A DNA stretch of 64,000 nucleotides from NCBI GenBank assembly GCA_965644315.1, contig CBFFRQ010000078.1, forward strand, positions 248,001 to 312,000, written 5' to 3'. The translations under genes and the position numbers were made by a program. Of this stretch, positions 43,016-51,600 are shown piece by piece; the stretch's first letter is position 1; the number at the start of each line of letters is the position of its first letter. This DNA comes from Caecitellus pseudoparvulus (taxonomy: Eukaryota; Protista; Bigyra: Bicosoecida). A model generated the notes under the pieces. That model searched no databases. It was not told the DNA's origin and saw nothing but the letters and a program-made list of their open reading frames with translations.

Positions 43016-44281
43016 ATGCACTCCGTGCACTGGCTGGCCGCTCTGGTCAGCGCTGTGCTCGTGGGAGCAAAGATAGTTCCGATATCCAAAGAACCTCTTT
43101 CTGACTGTTTTAGCGCTGCTTCAGAGCGGATTCCGGCGTGGGCGGATGGACTGGGTTGGACTGGCGCAGACGTGGGCCTTAGCCTGCAAGTGAGGCCATC
43201 GTGCGCTCTGTGGGTGTTTGGGGACACCTTGTTGGGCACCGTCCGAGCGGCTGAAAGACAAAGGGTTAAAAACGACAGTTTTATGGTACACAACTCCGTG
43301 GCGTTGGTGCCTTCCATCGCAAGCGGTGCGGGGGCGTGCAGCCCTCACTTCACTTGGAGCGCGGGGGAGCCTCCAGGCAGTGCCTTCCACCTCCCTGGCC
43401 TGAATGGCACGTCCAAGCGTGATGCGGGGGCGCCGCACTTGTGGGTCTTGTCTGGTGCTGTGGTGCACGGTGCTGCGCCTGTTGTGGTGCTTTTGGCGAA
43501 TGAGTGGAAGGCAGCGCGGACAGGGGGGCCGTTTTCGTTCAACATCACCAGCACGCGGGCATTGGCTGTGCACCTGGAGGAGCGCTTGCTTTCTGCATGC
43601 GATGGTGGTGCTGCCTCTAAAATGGCCCACGGTGAAGACTGGGAGTACACAGTGTCAGACCCAGCGCCTGGCGACTGGAGCGTGAAGCTGCCAAATGGAA
43701 CTCGCGTGGCACGCTTCGTGAATTGGGCAACTGCGGTGCACGAGGTGCCGTCTGACCCAGCATCGTCATTTTTCATCCTCGGGACAGTTGGGCCCGGGCT
43801 GGCGACTGTCGCTGCGCGCCTGCCGCGAAGTGGGCTGGTGGGCGGGGGGTTTCAGGGTATGCAGGTCTTCTGTGACAGCGTCGGGTGGGCACCTGCGCAG
43901 GCACAGTGCACCCTGCAGGGCCTGCCGTTCCTGGGCTCGACAGAACTTGTGCTGGAGTACGTGCAGGGCAAGTGGCGCACGCTGGCTGTGCTGCCATTCA
44001 CAACGGATATCGTGCAGTGGACGGCACCAGACATCACAGGCCCCTGGAGGCAGCAGAGCCTCGGCAAGGTCTGGGCGCCATGGTCCGACACACACCTGTA
44101 CTTTTCGTATGCAGCCAAAGTGCACGCTAGCTTGGCAGGCGTCTTGCCTGGGTGCCAGGGCCCGGCCTGCTCCGTGGCCACACTCGTGCCCAACACCTGG
44201 CTGCCTCAAACGCTGTTCGATCCGGGCAACGCGACAGCGTACACACCACGCATGATGCAGGTGTGGTGGGAACCCGCGTGA
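43016..44281 (+). CDS. Secreted DUF4185/DUF5005-like beta-propeller protein (putative glycoside hydrolase)
   Basis: Signal peptide MHSVHWLAALVSAVLVGA. Motifs GWTGAD..S....LWVFGDTLLG, MVHNS, APDITGPW, SYAAKVH and YTPR are typical of this mostly bacterial family. Confidence 0.6.
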   Translation: MHSVHWLAALVSAVLVGAKIVPISKEPLSDCFSAASERIPAWADGLGWTGADVGLSLQVRPSCALWVFGDTLLGTVRAAERQRVKNDSFMVHNSVALVPSIASGAGACSPHFTWSAGEPPGSAFHLPGLNGTSKRDAGAPHLWVLSGAVVHGAAPVVVLLANEWKAARTGGPFSFNITSTRALAVHLEERLLSACDGGAASKMAHGEDWEYTVSDPAPGDWSVKLPNGTRVARFVNWATAVHEVPSDPASSFFILGTVGPGLATVAARLPRSGLVGGGFQGMQVFCDSVGWAPAQAQCTLQGLPFLGSTELVLEYVQGKWRTLAVLPFTTDIVQWTAPDITGPWRQQSLGKVWAPWSDTHLYFSYAAKVHASLAGVLPGCQGPACSVATLVPNTWLPQTLFDPGNATAYTPRMMQVWWEPA

Positions 44282-44310
44282 GCTTCACCTCCCACATTCT
44301 GCAGCTGCAG

Positions 44311-45306
44311 TCACAGTCGCGGCTTGCTCTTGTCAACCGTCACGGCTTTCTTGAGGCGCTTACCCCCACGAATGCTCGCGAGGAGGTCGCCACGCCCCGC
44401 TTGAGGCGGGGGAAGGCTAGCTTTCACAGCAGGTGCCGGCGCTGGAGCCGGAGCGGGGGCAGGCGCAGGAGCTGGCGCGGGCGCAGGGGCTGGTGCAGCC
44501 CCGGCAGCTGCGGCGGGAGGCTTGCCTGCAGCTTGGGGGGGCACGTTGCCAGTGATGCCGGCACTGGGCGTGGCAGAAGGGACTGCACCTCTGCTGCCAG
44601 CCACTCCTCGCGTGGAGCCAGCTGTGCGCCTGCGGTAGCCTCTGCGTCGCTGTGCTGAGCTGGCTGCCATGACAGGTGCTGTGGCAGCGACGGCAGGTGT
44701 CTGTTGGGCATCAGTGGCCTGTGCTGCCGCTGCAGGGGCGGGAGCAGCATGAGATGGTGCGGCCCCTGTGACTGGGGATGAAGCCATGCCGCTTGTTCGG
44801 TTGTCAAAGGCTAGGAATCCACGCAGCGCCTTGGAGCCGAAGTGCTTGTCAAACTCAGCCACTCCCCGGATGGCCAGGACTGCGCGCATGTACTCTTGCA
44901 GGGCAGCCCTGCGAGTTTCAATGAACTCTGGGGTCTTGTTGCCCCACGTGCGCTTGGGAGGCAGCTTGATGGTCTTCATCTGGTATGGCAGCTCCTTCCG
45001 GGCCAGCTTGTCGAAGGCTTCGAAGGCAGAGTAGCGCTGGTACGTGCTCCACTTGTACACAATGGGGGTCAGGCTTCCTGTCTGGGCCTCCTGGCTCATG
45101 CAGCACACTTCGTACTCCTGTGGCGAGTGACGGGGGGGACGCTCCGCGGCAGTGCGAGACAGGGGGCCACCGGGGAGCACTTGCAGCAGCAGCGGCAGTG
45201 CACCTGAGCCGATGGCCGCACGCACCACATGCCCTGCCTCTGCGAGGCGCGGGTTCCTGACTTCCAGGTACAGGGAACCCACCGCACTTCCAACGTTATG
45301 TGCCAT
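44311..45306 (-). CDS. PX-domain protein with C-terminal WH2 actin-binding motif; probable intron 45118-45225
   Basis: PX hallmarks EYEV..WSTYQRYSAFEAFDKL..KLPPKR.WG....FIETRRAALQEYM..L. (PA)n linker. WH2 GRGDLLASIRGGKRLKKAVTVDKSKP at the C-terminus. Confidence 0.85.
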   Translation of the reverse strand: MAHNVGSAVGSLYLEVRNPRLAEAGHVVRAAIGSGALPLLLQVLPGGPLSRTAAERPPRHSPQEYEVCCMSQEAQTGSLTPIVYKWSTYQRYSAFEAFDKLARKELPYQMKTIKLPPKRTWGNKTPEFIETRRAALQEYMRAVLAIRGVAEFDKHFGSKALRGFLAFDNRTSGMASSPVTGAAPSHAAPAPAAAAQATDAQQTPAVAATAPVMAASSAQRRRGYRRRTAGSTRGVAGSRGAVPSATPSAGITGNVPPQAAGKPPAAAAGAAPAPAPAPAPAPAPAPAPAPAPAVKASLPPPQAGRGDLLASIRGGKRLKKAVTVDKSKPRL

Positions 45307-45626
45307 CGGTGCGGGGATGGTCCAAGTCGTGGGTCCGGAAAGGCCGGTGGGGACGTCCGGCACGGGAGCTGGCGCACGGAGTATCGTGACACCTCTGCAC
45401 GGCGCTGGCGCATAGGAAAACAGGGAAGAAAAACCGTGCCAAGCGCGGAATGGAACTTCATGAAATACTTGTTTTTGTCCAGGTTGAAGCTTTGCTCGAC
45501 TGGTTGTTTCTGGTGGTAGGTCAACAAGCTGCGGCCTCTGCAGCAGCTGCCTCTCAATTTCCGCTGGGCACCCCAGCGCAGTGCTGCGTCGCCAACAAGA
45601 CTGCACAGCAACCGCCCCTGAGGCTC

Positions 45627-48600
45627 ATGGCACAGCACAGTGATAGTGTCACACCAAGTGGCGAGGATGGTCTCCCAGGCGCGCCTCCTCTGTTGCCAGG
45701 CGCCGCCGGAATCAGTGAAGGTCTGGCGCCCGGGACGAGCGAAAGTGACTGGCTCGCCAACAGGGCTGTGGACCAAGCAGCTGGCCCTGCTCTGCCCCCT
45801 CGATACTTCGACGCACAGCGGCACTGCCTGCAGCATGTCGTCGTGCAAGGCAGTCTGCTGCTTGTAAATGCGGTGTCTGAGCTGCCTGTGTACATGCAGG
45901 CTGACGCTCTGTCGGGTGCGCTGTACATGGGCACGCGGCCAGGTCAACCCATGCGCATTCTCACCCTGCTGCCGGGTGCTGCTGTGAACATGGGCCGAAC
46001 TGCTCTTAGACGAGACAACGTCCTGGTCATCACACCCGCCCCAGCGGTGTACAGGGGCCCCTCCATCACTCTGCGCCACGCCAACGTGATGGAGCTGGCA
46101 CGATGGGCGACCGTGCTGCGGGCCATCGCAGGCATCCCTGCACCATGGGCCGAGGACTGCGCCCCTGCGGTGAAGCTCATCGTTGACGGTGCGCGGGCTC
46201 GGAGGCGGGGCCACACCGCAGGAGCCCCCCGCAGCGTCTCTGCATCAGCCAGCTTGTCGCCGCTCAAAGGAGACCCAGCGCAGGCCGAGGCCAGGCAAGC
46301 GAGGCGCCTGGCGTCCCGCCTAAGCGAAGCAGTGTACTGGCTGTTGCTGCGGGGAAAAGATGCTCGTGACTGGCACGTGCCGCGCTTGCGCAGGCTGCTG
46401 GCCAGCCTCCCCGCGCCCCAGCCACGCGCGCAGGTGGGGTGGGCCACATCCCCCTTGCCACCGGGTCCAGCTACCCACCTGCTGCCGCAGCCGCCCTTGG
46501 CGCGTTGGTCCGCTGAAGTGTGCGCTGATTTTGGCGTGAACACGGACGGTTACGATGTCGTGACCACTCCTGCGAGGGTGCTCGCAGGCATAGACCCGGT
46601 GGCTCTGCTTCCCCAGCCGTCTGCCTCAGAGGCTCACTCCCCTGCGTCAGGAGGTGGCCCTGGACGAAGCAGCCCCGCGCCTGGAAACGCCCCGTCCTCA
46701 CCACAATCACAAGGCTACATGGGGCAGGGGATCTTCCTCGGGGAGCCACCCTCCTCACACCGCCGGAACCCCAGCACGACGCTTCCGCCAGCACAGGCAG
46801 TGGCGCCTTCCCTCGACATAATCGCGTCGCCGAGCATCATGCTGCTGTCGGCGAGGGCACACCCCTACAGCTCTGCTCTGCGCTCCCTGCCTTCTGCCGT
46901 GCAGCGCCAGCTCATGGTGGGCAAGCGCTACCGTGTGCTGCTGCTCAGCCGCACAGCAGAGCCGGCCACGGAGCACTCGCCAGGGCCCGCTCGGCAGCCT
47001 GGACGTGGGACAAGCCCTGTGGCAGCTGCTGCAGCCAGTGCGGCGAGGGCAGAGGAACGTGCTGGCACAGTGCAAGACTTCGCTCGGTGTGTGCTGTGGG
47101 GGGATGAAGGCACGCTGTTCACGTCTCGGCAGGTGGCGGTCTTGCAGGCGCTGCTGCGCAGGGATGCTTCCCCTGCGGAGTTGCTTGGTCGCATGCAGCG
47201 ATGGCAGGGGGAGGACCACGACACGTGGGAGCTCCCAAGCAAAGCCCCCAGCACTGTCCCAGTAACCCACCACAAGGCTGCCGGCATTCTGGGCGTCGTG
47301 CGCTTCCTGCGCGGGTGGAGCCTGGTGTTGCTGACAGGGGCGAGGTTGGCTGCCACAGTGGGCTCCCAGGCGCTCTCAGCCATCACAGCCACCGACGTGC
47401 TGCCTGTGGAGTGGTCGCTACCAGACGCCCACAAATCTGCCTGGGCCCGGCTCAAAGAGCTGCCCAAGGCAGTGTGGCGCTCAGTCGCTCGAGACCCGGT
47501 GGCTGATGCAGACGAGCGGTACCTTGCCCACCTTTTGTCAGCCTTGGCGTCGCTACAGCAGGGCGGGTATGTGTCGCACACCTATGACGTCACTCGTGGC
47601 TTGCAGGAGCAAGTAGGGTGGTACGTTCCTCCTGCCAGCATGAGCGCCGCCCCGCAAGTGGTGCATCCCCGGCCTGCGCATGACAGTGCACGCCCACACC
47701 TTGCACCAGAACGGCACTCACCCCCCACATCCCACTTGAAGTATGTTGCCAATGCTGTCGACTCCGTGGGCATGGCTGGGCCAGGGCAAGAAGGCAAGCA
47801 GCTGGGGGCAAAGCACGCAGTTGGCTTCGACTGGGGATGGCACCTGTCACGCCCACTTCGCGAGGCCCTCGTCATGCACTCGACAGGTGGTCAGGCAGAT
47901 GGCTCCAGACTGCCTCCTTCCTCTTGGATTCTACCCATTGCTGTCGGCTCCGTCAGGCAGCTGACTGCAAGGACAGCTGGCATCAGTGTCGTCCTGACCC
48001 TGCTGGCCCGGCGCGCTGCACAGTATGCCGGCACGAGGTATCTGAAGAGAGGGCACAACGTCCTCGGGGCTCCAGCCAACCATGTGGAGACGGAGCAGAT
48101 CGTGGATGATACGCTGGGAGGACTCAGCGCTTTCCGGCACTTGCGATCGTCCGTGCCGGACTGGTGGAAACAGCGTGGGGCTGTGAACATCGCTCGTCCA
48201 CCCATTACTGTCCCTGGCATCGACGTGAGCACGCGCTTGCCTGCCAAAGCGCACATGGCAGGGCTCATGCAGCGGTACGGCTCCCCAGTGTGTGTCTTGA
48301 ACTTGCTGAAGAAGGCAGAGAGTACGCCCCGCGAGTTGCATTTGCAGCGCTCGTTTGCGTCGACGATTCGCCAGCTGAATGCGTCGCTGCCTCCTGCTCT
48401 CCGCGTGCAGTACTTCTCCTTGGACTTCAGCGCCGTGAACAAAGCCTTCAAGGCGGTGTCTGTGATGATGCGCAGCGTGGCAGCAGGCTCTCAATTTCGC
48501 GGTGCTTCCCTCACATCTCCTCGCCCAAGTGCGATGCCTAGGAACCGTGCTGGGACACCAGGCCCCAAACTGGACACCAGCACACCCCAGCAGTCCACAG

Positions 48601-51600
48601 CCGAGCAACACTGGACTGATGCGGCTCGAGTGCACATCGTTTCGGCGCTCACAGACGCCGCATCGTGGGCAGCGAGCAATACGGGCATGTTCGTGTCCCG
48701 TGTTGCCCCAAGGGTCGTAGAGGCCCTGCAAGGGTCTGTGCATGACTGCCCCACCACGGCCGAGGCGTCGGGTCACCCCTGCCCGTACGCGCCTGGGGAG
48801 GAGACTGCGCCGCGAGGGCCCACGGCAGTTACACCAGTGCAAGAAGCGCCTCTGCACACCCCCACCTCTACTGACAAGTACCCATGGGCCGACACAGCGC
48901 AGTCCATCCACATGCAGTTTCAACCAGGTTTTCGTTCTTGTGAAGATGCAGGCGATTGGGGCGGCATGCGTCGCGTTGCCATGGCGCTGCCAGGGGGCAG
49001 CAGCGTGCTGAGCCTGACCATGCACCACCTCCCACGGCACGTGCATGATGCGAGCACACCCACACTGCCGCCTCATGCAGCTGTGCTCTCCCCAGCTGGG
49101 AGGCCGAGTGCAGCAGATGCGACTTCTGTCCTGGCGTTCATGCGCTGCGTGCACCGCGAAGCTCTAGGAGCTCGCGCAGTGCGTGTGGACCACCAGCGCA
49201 TGCTGGGCATCACGGGCATGGAGTATGGGAGCATGACGCACCCTGGCCAAGCCGCAGAGCACGCTGGACACACAGCATACGTGGTGTGTGCTCCAACACC
49301 ACACCTGCGCTGGCACCCGCACGCGGACCCGCGCAGCGTCCCGGCGCTGTTGCCCGTGCGCACTGCCTGTGCTGGGCTTGCAAGCCGAATGCGGGAGGTG
49401 GAGTCTGTGGGCGTGGCCGGCGGAGGAGACGTGCGCGCCTGCCTGAACATGGAGTGTCTGCAGGCTTTTGGCCTGGCCCCACGCCAGGCTGGCATCTTCA
49501 GCTCTTCCTCTGCGCTGGAGCCTGCAGTGGCTGTGAGTGGTGCGGGTGCTCCGGCGCCGCGCAAGAGGCCCAGCATGGGGGGTGCGCCGGCCCACCTCGC
49601 CAACAGCTTCGCCACTTTGACAGACTTCAGCGATGATGAGAGCTCAGAGGGCACCTCAAGCGCGTGGGACGGGTGGGGAACGGCTTCGTCCCACGCCAGC
49701 AGTGGCCGCCCGTCCTCCTCACACCAAGCTTCCCCAGCCCTTGTTCACGTGCACCACACGCGCAACAGCTCTTCGCAACAGATGTTTGGACCTGGTGTTG
49801 CGTCGGCTGTGCGGGATGCGCCAGGCATGGCTGGCACGCCCCCTGCAACCTTCCACATGTTGGCAGGGGCAGCGCAAAGTGGCGACTTCCATGCACGTGA
49901 TGAACCACACACCCAGCTACCAGAGGCTGCCGCAGATGGCGCAATGGGGGGGCCTGGGCGGTACCTGTATGTGGACCTCACACCCCGTCAGCGTTGCGCT
50001 CCCCTGCCCCACACTCGCAGCCGAGTGCTGCGAGCCTTGGATTGGAAGCGCCAGCGCGCAAGCGAGGGGCAGCGCGGGCCTGTGCCCCATCGCGAACAGT
50101 GCCCCATGGCCATGTTTCAGAGTGGTGTGCTGCGCACGAACTGCATGGACTGCCTGGATCGCACGAACGTCGCGATGGAGGCCGTTGGCGTGCACATGCT
50201 GGGACTGCAGTTGAAAGCGCTGGGGCTTCTGGCACACACGCCTGCACCTGGGCACCACCATGAGAATGTCCCCGCCAGTGGACAGGCAGGGCCTCGTTCT
50301 CAAGGCGCGTGGGAGGCAGACGTGCCTGGTCTGAATGCCGCCAGCACCTTCTGGTCGACGCCGTCCCTGGACCTGCGGAGCCCCTTGGCCCGGTACATGA
50401 TGGAGCTTTACGAGGCAGCGGGGGACGAATTGGCCATGCAGTATGCAGGGTCAGAGGCCAACAAGCGCCTCAGCGCGCTGAACCAAAACGCAGAGTTCAT
50501 GTTCATGAACACCGTGGCGGGGGGCGCCGTGCCAGCTGCCACCTGCAGCATCGCGCCTCCCTCCAGCCTGGGCATCGGCTCGCCCCCTTTGCCGCCCCAG
50601 CATGTCCTGGTGGACACGGGTGCCTTGCCACACCTGCCCATCCATGGCAGCTTGCACGGGGCGGTAGCTGCACTGCCCAGCCACGCGCGCCTTCGGGCGT
50701 GGATGAGTCGCGTGCTGCAAGGCACCTTGCCCCCACCCAGTCCTGTGCCCAGCAACCAGGCATCAGAGCGGCTGCAGCTAGCGCAGCTGTGCCAGCTCAG
50801 CGCTTGGCAAGTCATCGCCCTGTCCCTGTCCACACCACGCCTGTGGAACTTGACCCAGGACAGCGGATTCACGTCTCTAGGGCTACCCCTGTTGCCACCC
50901 CCCTCTGCAGGCAAGCCGTCAGACGAGGCACCTCGGGCGGTCATGGGGTTCGGACCAGGCGATGTTGCCATGCGCCCTGCTCCCCGCTCCCATGCCGCGG
51001 GGGGGTCCTCCACCGCCGCCTTCGTGCTGCGTCGGGCAGGCGCCGAGGCAGTGCTCACGTCTGTGCAGCGCCACATTTCCAACCAGACCAGCGACTACAC
51101 GCGGCAAGACGACATGAATGTGTTGCTGGGCCGAGCTCGCCCGCCCTTGCTGCGCTCACTGCGACCCTCGGCCCGAGGCGCTGGCAGCGGCATGTCGCCC
51201 CACCTCGCCAAGGCGGTGCAGCTTGCGGCCAAGCGGCTGGTTCCCGAAGCGCTGCATTTCTGGGAGATGGACGGAGCAGAGTTCCGCCTGCACAGCCCAG
51301 CAGCACACCTGCTGCGGCTGCTGGATGCGACCTTGCCCCCTCCCTTGGGCAGCTACGAGCCACAGCTGGCACACATCGACCACGCGTGGGTGGCAGCAGG
51401 GGCGGGCGGGCCGGACGCCACCCCAGCATCCACAACGCCGGCCAGGGGTGGACGTGCGCGGCGCATCAGTACGTGGCAGAGCCCTGTCCCTGCTGCAGCA
51501 GGAACTGACGCTGGGCGTGCCGTGGCCCCACAGACGCCAGGTAGGTCAGACGAGTTGCCACCCCTTGCCCGGCCCTGGAACGACCTGGCGGCGTGGGAGC

